In this document: piece by piece, positions 50,810-60,933 of the stretch
Layout: every line of letters begins with the position of its first letter
Position numbering within the stretch: the first letter of the stretch is position 1
Assembly: GCA_963674595.2 (NCBI GenBank)
Contig: CAXXFV010000023.1
Location: forward strand, 480,001 to 544,000
DNA length: 64,000 bases
DNA from: a bacterium
GTDB lineage: Bacteria; Zhuqueibacterota; Zhuqueibacteria; Residuimicrobiales; Krinioviventaceae
Reading direction: 5' to 3'
Notes under the pieces: generated by a model
Told to the model about the DNA's origin: nothing
Database searches by the model: none
Seen by the model: the letters and a program-made list of their open reading frames with translations, nothing else
Position numbers and translations under genes: made by a program

Positions 50810-51448
50810 ATGGATATAAAAATCAGAAATGAAATGGAAAAAGACTTTGAATGCGTTGAAAATCTGACAAGAGAAGCTTTTTGGAATTTATATTTTCCGG
50901 GCTGTAACGAACATTATCTGGTTCATATAATGAGAGATCATCCTGATTTTATAAAAGAACTGGATTTTGTTGCAGAATATGAAGGAAAAGTTGCTGGTAA
51001 CATCATGTATACCAGGTCCTGGCTGGTAAATGAAAACGAGCAAGAGCTGGAAATTGTCACCTTTGGTCCGCTATGTGTGTTGCCCGGGTATCAAAGAAAA
51101 GGGATTGGCGGCGCCTTGATTGAGCATACCAAAAAACTCGCTCGAGAAATGAATTACAAGGCCATCGTCATATTTGGTGATCCGCATAATTATTGTAAAT
51201 ACGGATTTAAAAGTGCCAAAGATCTGAATATCAGCACTATGGACGGCGAATATCCCTTTGGGATGCTTGCTCTGGAACTTGAAGAAGGGGCTTTGGGAAC
51301 ACATTCCTGGAAATATAACGATAGTGATGTTTATAAGATTGATGATCAAAAAGCGGAAGAATTTGACAAAAGTTTTAAAGAAAAAAAGAAAGAGTACCAA
51401 TACTCTCAGGATATTTTTTCAATTATGTTTCGCGCTTTTGTTAAATAG
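50810..51448 (+). CDS. GNAT N-acetyltransferase (YhbS-like)
   Basis: TREAFWN, FGPLCVLPGYQRKGIG, FGDPHNY. Confidence 0.9.
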   Translation: MDIKIRNEMEKDFECVENLTREAFWNLYFPGCNEHYLVHIMRDHPDFIKELDFVAEYEGKVAGNIMYTRSWLVNENEQELEIVTFGPLCVLPGYQRKGIGGALIEHTKKLAREMNYKAIVIFGDPHNYCKYGFKSAKDLNISTMDGEYPFGMLALELEEGALGTHSWKYNDSDVYKIDDQKAEEFDKSFKEKKKEYQYSQDIFSIMFRAFVK

Positions 51449-51485
51449 CTATTTTTGTTCATCGTTTAATTGTATTTAAAATTAT

Positions 51486-51516
51486 AAGGTAACCTTTTTT
51501 ACAAGGTTACCTTTTT
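51486..51516. terminator. Terminator hairpin between convergent genes
   Basis: AAGGTAACCTT-N6-AAGGTTACCTT followed by T run. Confidence 0.7.
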
Positions 51517-51648
51517 AATATTATCCTCTATATTGTTTACTTGCCGGATATTGAACAATGATCCGGCTATTAATAATAGGGATATAGGGGCGTTCAATGA
51601 TGAATTATGATATTAAACCCATTCCGGATAATAATTCATGTTTGTATA

Positions 51649-52194
51649 TTACCAAACAGGTCCAAGGGGAATTATTTCCATAAGACATTCATTGTCTCCC
51701 ATTTTTACACTTTTTAACAGCTCTACATCGACTTTACAGCCAAAAGCTTTTTCGAAAAGAACTTTGCTATAGCCTGTCGTGCATTGACACCATGTATCAG
51801 TATCTAATTTATCAACATCGGCAAGCATGGGACAAGGGCAAAATGGAAATTGTAAATAGAGTTTACCATCTGAAAAAGATAGACCGGCTGCTTTAGCTTT
51901 GTCTTGATTTGCAAATCCTTCCAAATCAGACGATGTTTCTACAAGCTCTTTTACAAGATTTAATTTTTCGTCCATTCCATATCCGCATTGACAGTTCATT
52001 CTAATCTGTTTGACCATAGACGTGTCAAACTGCTTTTCCAGTCTGTTCATGGTGGATTTTACCCAGGTCGCATTGTCCTCTGATAAATATTGTTTGTGTT
52101 CTCCAAAAACGATTTTTGTTGCTGTTTCGTCATTACTTTTATTTTTTATGGCATTATAAATTACCTGTTCCTGGATTTTTCTTATATCAAACAT
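51649..52194 (-). CDS. Cys-rich protein (DUF6144-like)
   Basis: CQCG, CPCP, WCQCT.G, VELLKSV..GD..C motifs. Confidence 0.7.
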   Translation of the reverse strand: MFDIRKIQEQVIYNAIKNKSNDETATKIVFGEHKQYLSEDNATWVKSTMNRLEKQFDTSMVKQIRMNCQCGYGMDEKLNLVKELVETSSDLEGFANQDKAKAAGLSFSDGKLYLQFPFCPCPMLADVDKLDTDTWCQCTTGYSKVLFEKAFGCKVDVELLKSVKMGDNECLMEIIPLGPVW

Positions 52195-52703
52195 TATAAA
52201 ACCTTAATTTTTGAATTAAAAAATCGAGTTGTCTTTTTAGTCGTACAACAAATTAAAAATTTATTATAAGGCATTACTCGACAACTTTTTCAATATTTAT
52301 TAATCTTTAATCCTATAACAAACATAGGCTTGTCCATTGTTGCTAATAGGTTGTGTTGATGCTACATTCTATTAATCCACATTGGCTGATAATCTCCTTT
52401 ATATAGAACAGAGTAACGGGTATCTTTATTATTGGGTTCTATTAGTACACCTTTTCAATAGAGCTTTATATAATCTTTGATCCACGTTTTTTATTATCTG
52501 TTGTATGTTTAATTTATTTTATGAATTCTAAATTATTTTACTCTGTTCATTGGATTATGTTCTCCCTAAAATTTATGACTATATTTAATGAAATATATTA
52601 TTTTTTATTTAGCGGGTAATTTAAATGATCCAGACCTGCAATTGTAGTAAAGCTCAAACAGCCAATGCTGATTTACAGGCAACTTGATCTACTGCTTGAA
52701 ATA

Positions 52704-53324
52704 TTATTTTAAAGAATTCATCAATTCATAAAAATAGTTACTTTCTCTTGTTTTGTATAATTTATACCAACTTTCCAAAGTATCTGCCTTGAACAACTTT
52801 GTCGCTTTCAATACGTTAAAACTAAATTTTAAAGGAGCCAGTCCGGTTGCTGTGATTAAATTTTCATCAGCCACAACCGGTTCATTTATATAATTTTCAA
52901 AACCATTGTAATTTTCACAGAAAATTTTTAAAAATTCTATATCATTACTCGTATGTTTTCGGTCATCCAATATGCCGGCTTGAGCCAGCGCCGCCGTAGC
53001 ACCACATATTGCACAAACAGTAACACCCTTTTTAAGCAATTCTTTGATAATGTTCATGATACCAAAGTTTTGCGGTTCCATCCAGGAATCGGAACCGGGT
53101 AAAATCAAAATATCGTCTTTATTAAAACTAGTATTATGTATCGATCCCTCTGGTTTGATTTCTAATCCGCCTAATGTTTTTATACTTTCTAATGAGCTGG
53201 AAATTTTAATAATGTTAACTTTTTTGCTTTTATCGGAAATATATCTTCCGGTATTTAATTCCGGTAAAATATAACTTATTTCCCAGTCAGCTAATGTGTC
53301 CAAAACATATAAAAATACTCTCAT
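52704..53324 (-). CDS. DJ-1/PfpI (type 1 glutamine amidotransferase-like) protein
   Basis: LADWE, ILPG, AICGAT, HTSN. Confidence 0.9.
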   Translation of the reverse strand: MRVFLYVLDTLADWEISYILPELNTGRYISDKSKKVNIIKISSSLESIKTLGGLEIKPEGSIHNTSFNKDDILILPGSDSWMEPQNFGIMNIIKELLKKGVTVCAICGATAALAQAGILDDRKHTSNDIEFLKIFCENYNGFENYINEPVVADENLITATGLAPLKFSFNVLKATKLFKADTLESWYKLYKTRESNYFYELMNSLK

Positions 53325-53597
53325 ATTTTCCTCTTTTTGTTGATAAATGTCTTTCCGTTTCGTTAACCGGACAAAGCCGGTATCCCCTATTGGACCGACT
53401 TTTGCTGTTCCAGGTTATTATTTAAATGGGGCATTCGTTTGTTAAATTTATTAATTTTAAGGTCATATTTTTTTAACAAGAACAGTCTGTTACCGTCGCT
53501 GGTTTAACACCCTTCTCATAACGAATCAGGATCATGGTGTGAGTAAAGAGATCCCTGTCTGCTGCTCAATAGTCAACAATTTGTGTTTTAATGTTTT

Positions 53598-54026
53598 TTA
53601 TGTTGCCGTTGTCGATTCAACGATGGGTAACAGTCGAGAGTCTTCCAGTGCGGCGGTCCGGTGCCCCAAGCCTGCCATGTATGCTTTATTCGATGAAAAT
53701 GCCATAAAGTCCGATAAAGAATTTTGGCGAATAAGCATTACAAAATCCCATCTTTCATCCTGGGGACCAATAAGGTTTTGGCCGCCTTTTCCTAAAAATA
53801 CAATATCTCCACCGCTTTCCTTTAAAAATGGTAATGTGTGGTCAATATATTTTTGAAATGCTTCTGCTCCGGAAATCGGTTTAGACGGTTTAAGCTCCGG
53901 ATTTTCTGAATAATCAGCAACTTTACGAAAACGTAATAAATTCAACATAATTATTTCACCTGTTATATTCCGTTTAAATAAAGCTGCTCCTGCTTCTTGT
54001 GATACTGTTAAAAAACGTTCTTGCAT
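53598..54026 (-). CDS. DUF1330 family protein
   Basis: MLNLLRF, SGAEAF..Y, WD, HRTAALEDSRL. Confidence 0.85.
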   Translation of the reverse strand: MQERFLTVSQEAGAALFKRNITGEIIMLNLLRFRKVADYSENPELKPSKPISGAEAFQKYIDHTLPFLKESGGDIVFLGKGGQNLIGPQDERWDFVMLIRQNSLSDFMAFSSNKAYMAGLGHRTAALEDSRLLPIVESTTAT

Positions 54027-54273
54027 TAAATTTCCTTTTACTACTTATAATATGCCATTAAATGTCGGGCTGCAACAGCATTTAAAGTGCCTGATGCTGT
54101 TTATGGACCAAGTTTGTCTATATTCTACAAAAATTGATTTTTAGGATGGGGTGCATATTATCGTTATACGATTTTTCGTGACATCAAATAAAATTTTAAT
54201 ATGATTAACCATGACCGTTGTTGTATGCAGCACACTAATCCAACGGTCACAGTAGGTATCATATAAACCGATT

Positions 54274-55185
54274 TTATTTATGCAGACCTTTTTCTCTTAA
54301 ATATTTTATCAAAATTTGAGGCCTGTCTGTTTGTATCATGTCCACATTATTTTCGATATACCAATCATATACCGTGGGATCAAGAGCGCCTTTTTCATCA
54401 TTGTGACCGCCATTGAGGTTAGCCCATAATGCATTAACCCAAACTCCTGAACCGCTTTCTCTAATATCGTCAAATTGGTCTATTATCTTGACAGAGTCAT
54501 TTTTAAAAACAAATTCAAAGGCAACAGGTTGAAGGTTTTCAAGATAATCATCTACCATTTTTTGCACATTCGGATTCGGCAAGACAACAACCGGCATGAA
54601 ATGTACCTGGTTCAAATATTTTCCGAATTCACGTTCAACCTGCTCTAGTGGTTTTGCTGCTTTGATAACAACCTGGTCAAGTGTTCCTGTTTTTTTTATT
54701 ATATCATAACATTTATCAAACATATCATAACTCTTGTCAAGATTAACAAGGATTTTGTCTTTGGCAACCAACAAGGCTTCTTCAAGTGTGGGAATGCCGT
54801 GAATCGTTTCCATGTCTAATCCGTCAACCAGCTTTAAGGTCCTTAAACTATCCAGAGTCCAATCTTTAACATAGCCGCTGGCCCTTGTCGTTCGGTCAAT
54901 TGTATCATCGTGCATGAGTACAAGTTGTCCGTCTTTTGTTTCGTGTAAATCTATTTCCACCATATCCACGCCCATCGCAATACAATTTTTAATTGCCTGA
55001 AGAGAGTTTTCCGGTGCATTGCGCCAGTCTCCGCGATGAGAAATGACAATGATGTCGTCATTTGTCGAATCTTTTAAATTTTGAATTAAATCATTGATTG
55101 AAATTTGTGTTTTATTCTGGGCTTTATTTTCGCAGGAAATTATAACGGCTGCTATAACCAGGAATAATGTAATTACACGTTTCAT
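54274..55185 (-). CDS. Glycerophosphodiester phosphodiesterase (lipoprotein)
   Basis: SHRG, PENS, VEIDL..TKDG.LVLMHD.T.DRTT, IQTDRP; lipobox IISC. Confidence 0.92.
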   Translation of the reverse strand: MKRVITLFLVIAAVIISCENKAQNKTQISINDLIQNLKDSTNDDIIVISHRGDWRNAPENSLQAIKNCIAMGVDMVEIDLHETKDGQLVLMHDDTIDRTTRASGYVKDWTLDSLRTLKLVDGLDMETIHGIPTLEEALLVAKDKILVNLDKSYDMFDKCYDIIKKTGTLDQVVIKAAKPLEQVEREFGKYLNQVHFMPVVVLPNPNVQKMVDDYLENLQPVAFEFVFKNDSVKIIDQFDDIRESGSGVWVNALWANLNGGHNDEKGALDPTVYDWYIENNVDMIQTDRPQILIKYLREKGLHK

Positions 55186-55498
55186 CAATAGTCTCCCAAT
55201 TTTAGTCGAGTTCATTACCACCACACGAATTGTTATTTTGTTCCGGTTTATTTACAAGTGTAATTCTTTAGTACAATGAGTAAATAATAAGAATTATGTA
55301 TACTTGTCGCAAGAGATTTTTCAATTATTTGTATTGATTCTGAAATTCTTAATTTAAGTGATATAAATAATTTCGAGTTTCAACCCCAAGCAAGACTGTA
55401 GTTTTTTATTAAGGATTTCTGTTGATATTAACAACATGCTTGTCGTTTGAAACAAAAGTGCGGTTGTTTTTATTTACCTGGTCACATAACAATATAGA

Positions 55499-55522
55499 GA
55501 GCGGGAGAGATGTCCCCCGCTC
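55499..55522. terminator. Hairpin downstream of the VOC-methyltransferase gene
   Basis: GAGCGGG...CCCGCTC inverted repeat. Confidence 0.5.
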
Positions 55523-55541
55523 AATTAGAAATTATTTACCA

Positions 55542-56738
55542 CTATCTTTCTACGGAAGCTTTAACCAGACAAAATGACATCAAAATACCTTCTGCTATTG
55601 TTCCATCCTCAAGTGTCAAATATCTTTTTGTCATTTCAGCGGCATCAACCTGTTCCTTGATCATTATACCATAGTTTGTGAGTATTTCTTGCATGTGTTC
55701 TTTTTTTGCCCAAAATTTAAAAGGTTCTGACGGATTGATCGATGCAAGTTTGTCTGTCATATAATCAAAACAGAGAATACTTTGTGCCGGTGAATAATTT
55801 TGAATAAAGTCCAATGTTTTTTTTATTTTTTCTTTTGTGAGATAATATGTTACACCTTCCCAAATAAATAATGTTTTTTTGGTTTTGTCATAGCCGGCTT
55901 TTGATAAAACATCCGCAATTTCATCCGTGTTAAAGTTGATTGGAACAAACGACAGCGAGTTTGGAATGTCTATTTTGTTCTTTTTTAAAATTTCTGTTTT
56001 TCTTTGTTGTGTCGTATTGATATCCAATTCAAAAATGACAGTGCTTTTTAATTGTTTTATAAACCGATAGGAGCGTGTGTCGTAACCTGCACCCAGGAAT
56101 ACAATCTGTGGAATATCATCATTAATGGCATTTTCAAATATGTTGTCTATGAATGCCGTTCGCGCAATAAAATATCCATACAACGGGGATGTTACAACAT
56201 TGTGTATGGCCCATTTTCTGGAATCATCATTTTGAAGGATTTTTTTTGCTTCATCCTTTAAAAATAATTCAGCCAGATAATCAGGGCCTTGCACTTTTTT
56301 CCTGCTTTCTTTTGATGCAAGGGCCCTGCAAAAGGCAACTGACAATGCTGTTTCAGAAGGTTGTTTTTCAACTGTTCTTTCTTCTTTGTCTAATACACTA
56401 CCTGTTAGTCCGATAACGTTACCAAACGGATCGATTAATTGAGCAATTCTGATATTCAATACTTGTTTTATCGGTGTTTTAATTTGGGCCCCCTGCTTTA
56501 TGAATTTTTCAAATGCGGAATCTATATCATCCACTTCCCAATAAACATCCATTCTATTGACTACGTCTTTCATTGGAGTTTGTGGCTGAGTGAGAGATAA
56601 AGAACAGTCACCGATATTGTATATTTTAGCAAAGGGTGTATCGAAAATCGGATGAATATCTAATACGCTATTATACCAGAGTTTTGCTTTTTCGATGTCA
56701 TCAACATAATAAGTGATTCTTTTTAATGATTTAAACAT
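55542..56738 (-). CDS. VOC (glyoxalase-like) domain fused to LCM-type SAM methyltransferase
   Basis: N-terminal V.DIEKAK.WY...YWEVDDID...DPFGN; C-terminal TA..VA..RA, ART.FID, LGAGYDTR, WEGVTYYL. Confidence 0.85.
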   Translation of the reverse strand: MFKSLKRITYYVDDIEKAKLWYNSVLDIHPIFDTPFAKIYNIGDCSLSLTQPQTPMKDVVNRMDVYWEVDDIDSAFEKFIKQGAQIKTPIKQVLNIRIAQLIDPFGNVIGLTGSVLDKEERTVEKQPSETALSVAFCRALASKESRKKVQGPDYLAELFLKDEAKKILQNDDSRKWAIHNVVTSPLYGYFIARTAFIDNIFENAINDDIPQIVFLGAGYDTRSYRFIKQLKSTVIFELDINTTQQRKTEILKKNKIDIPNSLSFVPINFNTDEIADVLSKAGYDKTKKTLFIWEGVTYYLTKEKIKKTLDFIQNYSPAQSILCFDYMTDKLASINPSEPFKFWAKKEHMQEILTNYGIMIKEQVDAAEMTKRYLTLEDGTIAEGILMSFCLVKASVER

Positions 56739-56756
56739 TCATCGTTTCCTTTTAGT

Positions 56757-57896
56757 TTATTTTCCGGTCATTTTTTTGATGAAATCAATTTCTGTCTGTG
56801 AATAGGGTGTGCCGTCAATGCGATAAATGTCATGGAACCAGATTTCCGGTTCAGGAAAAAGCTCACCCGGCTGGACAGTATGTTCTTTATGTTTGCGAAG
56901 TTCGTAAACGTCCTTGCCTTTTTTGGAACTCCAGGGCCAGATCGTACCGGTTTTACCGGAAACAAATCCCCAGTTATAAGCAGCAATGTGATATTTTTTT
57001 AGAATGGGTAAAGCCCTTTGAAAGGTGCTATGGGGCCTTGCCATGTACTCGGTGCACAGGGCCGGCCGACCGATTTTTACATATTCTTGGATGGTGCCCT
57101 CAAGCAGCGAGTCGTTATAGCAGTGGAATGAAATGACATCGGAATTTGCACGGGCAATGTCGATAAAAACCTCGCCTTTTGATCCTTCCGCTGAAGAACA
57201 AACCGGTTGTGAGGGATTAATTTCACGCGCCCATCTCCACGCATCCATTAAAAGTGGTATGGATTTGTCCTCGGCGGAGCGGCCGGGTTCATTGTACAGT
57301 TCCCAAACCAATACCCGTTTATCATCCTTAAAATGGTCCATAGTCTTTTGGACATAATCTTTTAAACGTTTTTTCTCCTGGTCTGTGGCCTGGCCGTCAT
57401 GATAGCGAATGACAAGGTCTCGTGCAGGCGATTTCGCCCAACCGGAATTGTGAAATCCCTTTACACAGGGGGGCTGCTTGCCGATTACCGGGTCGGGACG
57501 GTGACAGTCATCGAAAAAAACAAACAAAACTTTTATCCCATGCTTTTTACAAATATTGAGAAAAGTGTCCATGCGGCCGTACAGTCCCTCAGGGTCCTGT
57601 TCCCAAACCAAATCATGCAGGTACACCCGCAGGGTATTAAAGCCGAGGTCTTTTGCCCAGCCCAATTCTTTGTCAATCGTTTCGGGATCAAACGTGTCTT
57701 TCTGCCACATCTCAAGCTGGTTAATGGCCGTTGCAGGAATATAATTACATCCGACCAGCCACGGTTGTTCGTCGTACCAGGCCTGTGCTTTTTCCACCGA
57801 CCATCGTCCCGGAATTTCCTCTACTTGTGCAAATAAAAAAGTGCTTAAAACGAGGCTGATAATTGTAGTTAATATTATAAGCTTTTTGTCTTTCAT
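56757..57896 (-). CDS. GH5-like secreted glycoside hydrolase (mannanase/xylanase type)
   Basis: GCNYIP..AINQLEMW, LYNEP (acid/base), CTEYMAR (nucleophile). Confidence 0.88.
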   Translation of the reverse strand: MKDKKLIILTTIISLVLSTFLFAQVEEIPGRWSVEKAQAWYDEQPWLVGCNYIPATAINQLEMWQKDTFDPETIDKELGWAKDLGFNTLRVYLHDLVWEQDPEGLYGRMDTFLNICKKHGIKVLFVFFDDCHRPDPVIGKQPPCVKGFHNSGWAKSPARDLVIRYHDGQATDQEKKRLKDYVQKTMDHFKDDKRVLVWELYNEPGRSAEDKSIPLLMDAWRWAREINPSQPVCSSAEGSKGEVFIDIARANSDVISFHCYNDSLLEGTIQEYVKIGRPALCTEYMARPHSTFQRALPILKKYHIAAYNWGFVSGKTGTIWPWSSKKGKDVYELRKHKEHTVQPGELFPEPEIWFHDIYRIDGTPYSQTEIDFIKKMTGK

Positions 57897-58096
57897 GTTT
57901 ATCTCCTTTTGGTTATCGATGCTCTGTATCTGGTGTTGTGTGATTTTATAGTTACAATCAATACTTTGTTAACTGTTTTTTTTGTCAACAAGCCATTTTA
58001 TTTTATGCGAATTAGTTTAATATTCGCATTGACAGTATTTTTTTAACAAAATTACAAATCTGTTTTGATGCTCTTGTATAGCAACTATTATTATAT

Positions 58097-58711
58097 TTAC
58101 ACATAGAACTCTGTCTGCCCAATAGATCGTGATAGTTTACCAAAATAGAGACAAAAAAGCTCGTGATTATCTCCAAGATAGAGTTTCTCACATTCGTGTT
58201 CTGGAAGATTTTGAAATTCCTGTTGCGACACAAATGGCGGCAGCACAATAGCGACGTTTTTTGTTATTTTGAATATAGTATTCAGCAGAACATCTGCTGG
58301 TGGCTGGGTATTTGAGCGGATAAAACGATAAACATGGTCTGGACTGGTAACGGCCCAATCAGGATCAAGAAAAGCAGCATCAATTTTTGAAAGTTTGTTC
58401 AAGTTATCAGAATCCAAAATATTGCCATATATAAAAGACACATTCGATGAAAGCCCTGCCTTTTGAATATTGCTGATTGCCTTTTCCTGGTTGGATTTAT
58501 TGATTTCAACTGTAAATACGTGTTTGGCTTTTTTGGCCAAAGATATTGTCGTAAAACCTGCGCCGGTGCAAGTTTCAAGTACTGTAAGGTCTTTAAAACG
58601 CTCTGCGAAATGGGTGGTAAAACGTATATCTATACCCATGATAAAAGTATTTTCATCGGCTGTATAGTCATCACCAAATTTTTCCCGGATGTCATTTGGA
58701 TTGATATTCAT
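58097..58711 (-). CDS. Class I SAM-dependent methyltransferase (RsmD/Tgs-like)
   Basis: VLETCTGAG, VEI and FLDPDW motifs. Confidence 0.8.
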   Translation of the reverse strand: MNINPNDIREKFGDDYTADENTFIMGIDIRFTTHFAERFKDLTVLETCTGAGFTTISLAKKAKHVFTVEINKSNQEKAISNIQKAGLSSNVSFIYGNILDSDNLNKLSKIDAAFLDPDWAVTSPDHVYRFIRSNTQPPADVLLNTIFKITKNVAIVLPPFVSQQEFQNLPEHECEKLYLGDNHELFCLYFGKLSRSIGQTEFYV

Positions 58712-58943
58712 CTTTGTTCGTTGATTTAAATTAGTTCTTAAATTTTGTGTTTTTTAATTAAACTATTTTGCAAAAACAATGATTCTTGAGATAATAGTCT
58801 TTCCAACCCAGATTATTATTAAACACTTTATACAAGGAAAAGATTTTAATCTAGATAAAAAACAATCTGTTATAACTGATCTGGCTATAATACAAATTCT
58901 GTAAAATTGTCGCAAGGAGTTTTTATTGCAAACTATGATAATC

Positions 58944-59062
58944 TTATATCATCCCTTCGGGATTTGATTATGTTTGTGGATTTATCTATAATAATGTCAT
59001 CCCTTCGGGATTTGATTGTATTTGTGGTTTTATCTATAATAATATCATCCCTTCGAGATTAT
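58944..59062. repeat. Tandem 48-bp REP-like repeat, three hairpin copies
   Basis: ATCCCTTCGGGAT hairpin at 58951, 58999 and 59047 (third degenerate); intervening sequences nearly identical. Confidence 0.85.
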
Positions 59063-59151
59063 TAATTCTATAAATTTAAATCCACCGTTCTTGTTTTCCT
59101 AAAATCTACAATTCCTGCCTTTATCGATTTTTCAAATAAACTTTATTCGTT

Positions 59152-59192
59152 CTTAATCAGGGCTTAATTGCTTTCTAATGTTATGCTATTAT
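59152..59192 (+). promoter_or_regulatory. 11-bp-phased direct repeats ahead of a -10 box (OmpR/PhoB-type site)
   Basis: CTTAAT(59152), CTTAAT(59163), TCTAAT(59174), then TATTAT at 59187. Confidence 0.45.
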
Positions 59193-59221
59193 CTTAAGCC
59201 GTACAAAAAAAGAGGTTTGAT

Positions 59222-59749
59222 ATGGTCAAAGTTTTTTTGAGTCAGATAAACAGTTGGGACAACAATCTCTGTTTAAAAATATTCAGGTTAAACGGAAAAA
59301 AGGTTGCCGATATACTGATGGTTGTCATGTCAAAAACAGGTGACGGATATTTATATGCGCTCATCGGCCTTTTGGTTTTTGTTTTTGATTTTACTACGGC
59401 TCTTAAATTCGTTCCTGCCGGGCTTGTTGCATTTGCTTTAGAGTTATCTGTTCATACGTTGCTTAAGCAGAAAACAAAACGAAACAGGCCTTTTGAACGG
59501 GTTTCAGGTATTAAATTTTTAATAAAACCTCCGGATAAATTCAGTTTCCCATCCGGACATACTGCTGCAGCCTTTTTAATGGCTACGCTTACCAGTTCTT
59601 TTTATCCATTCATTACGTTGCCGTGTTTTTTATTTGCCGCTCTGGTTGGATTTTCGCGTGTCTATAATGGTCTGCATTATCCAAGCGATGTGATTGCCGG
59701 CACCGTGCTGGGAATTACATGTGCCAATATTGGTTTGGCGTTTTTTTAA
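59222..59749 (+). CDS. PAP2 family phosphatase
   Basis: K...KRNRP, SFPSGH, SRVYNGLHYPSDV. Confidence 0.93.
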   Translation: MVKVFLSQINSWDNNLCLKIFRLNGKKVADILMVVMSKTGDGYLYALIGLLVFVFDFTTALKFVPAGLVAFALELSVHTLLKQKTKRNRPFERVSGIKFLIKPPDKFSFPSGHTAAAFLMATLTSSFYPFITLPCFLFAALVGFSRVYNGLHYPSDVIAGTVLGITCANIGLAFF

Positions 59750-59760
59750 GGAGTTATAAA

Positions 59761-60918
59761 ATGAAAGTCGCCTATTTTACGGAAAGCTTGCCCCCAAACA
59801 CCGATGGTGTTGTTAAAACTTTGTGTCATTTGATCAATACGTTGGAAGATAATAAAGTCGATTTCAGGTTTTATTCGCCTGTAAAACCGGACAATTCTTT
59901 TACCTGGAACGAACATGTTTATAAGGTCCCTGCCGTTCCGTTTTTTTTATATAAAGATTATAAAATGGGCTTACCCTATTTTAACGGTATTTTTTCAAAA
60001 CTGGACGAATATCGGCCGGATATGATTCATATTGTTAGTCCGACGCTTTTGGGATTGTATGGTCTTAATTATGCTCACAGTAGAAACATTCCGGTTGTTA
60101 CCAGTTATCATACCCATTTTGTTTCCTATTTTTCCTATTTTGGATTATCCGGTTTAGAAAAAGTGGGATGGAATTTTTTGCAGTGGTTTCATAACCGCTG
60201 TTTAAAAACATACGTACCATCACCCAGTGCTTGTCAAGAGCTAGAGACACGCGGTATTCAAAATGTGGAATTATGGCAGCGCGGCATTGAACTGGACCGG
60301 TTTTCACCCTCGTTAAGAAATAATGAATTAAAGAGTGCCATTGGTGTTGATGAGGACTGTCCGGTTTTACTTTTTGTCGGTCGGTTAATAAATCACAAAG
60401 ACCTTAATGACCTGGTGGATGCCCATCATCTGTTAAATGCCCAGGGATTCAAGTATAAAATAGTTATTGTTGGTGACGGTCCCATGCGGAATGAACTGGA
60501 ACAAAAACTGCCTCAGGCCCATTTTACCGGCTACCAATATGGACAGGACCTGGCCCGATGGTATGCTTCATCGGATGTATTTGTTTTTCCGTCAACAACA
60601 GAAACCTTTGGCAATGTTATTTTAGAAGCTTTTGCTTCCGGTATTCCGGCTGTTGGTGTGGCAAAAGGCGGAGTTGCTGATATTATAAATCACGGAAGAG
60701 ATGGTTTAATTGCAAAACCCAATGACCCGGTCGATTTTGCCAAACAAATATCCTATTTCCTGAGTCATCCGGATGAGCGGTATCAATACGGCCGGATTGC
60801 TCGAGAAACAGCGAAAACTTATAGTTGGAAAGCTATCAATACCAGATTGCTGCAGAGTTATGAAAATGTCATCCGTGCCTCTGAATCTGTCGAGTTTAAT
60901 CCTGAAATATACAATTAA
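59761..60918 (+). CDS. GT4 glycosyltransferase (glycolipid synthase-like)
   Basis: FTES..P..DGV, SYHTHF, FVGRL, ETFGNVILEAFASG; AAGGAG RBS. Confidence 0.92.
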   Translation: MKVAYFTESLPPNTDGVVKTLCHLINTLEDNKVDFRFYSPVKPDNSFTWNEHVYKVPAVPFFLYKDYKMGLPYFNGIFSKLDEYRPDMIHIVSPTLLGLYGLNYAHSRNIPVVTSYHTHFVSYFSYFGLSGLEKVGWNFLQWFHNRCLKTYVPSPSACQELETRGIQNVELWQRGIELDRFSPSLRNNELKSAIGVDEDCPVLLFVGRLINHKDLNDLVDAHHLLNAQGFKYKIVIVGDGPMRNELEQKLPQAHFTGYQYGQDLARWYASSDVFVFPSTTETFGNVILEAFASGIPAVGVAKGGVADIINHGRDGLIAKPNDPVDFAKQISYFLSHPDERYQYGRIARETAKTYSWKAINTRLLQSYENVIRASESVEFNPEIYN

Positions 60919-60933
60919 AATAGAGATAAGAGT

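Noticed and set aside
52200-52560. Decayed TPR-like gene on the minus strand (..KGVLIEPNNKDTRYS..)
   Set aside because: Many stops and only a short suggestive stretch; cannot be supported without a homology search.
51449-55541. attC sites between accessory genes
   Set aside because: Isolated TAAC/CAAC and GTTRT words occur, but I could not pair R and L boxes into a convincing attC structure, and no integrase is present.
58944-59062. CRISPR array
   Set aside because: Only three units, the 'spacers' are near-identical to each other, and there are no cas genes; a tandem REP-like repeat fits better.
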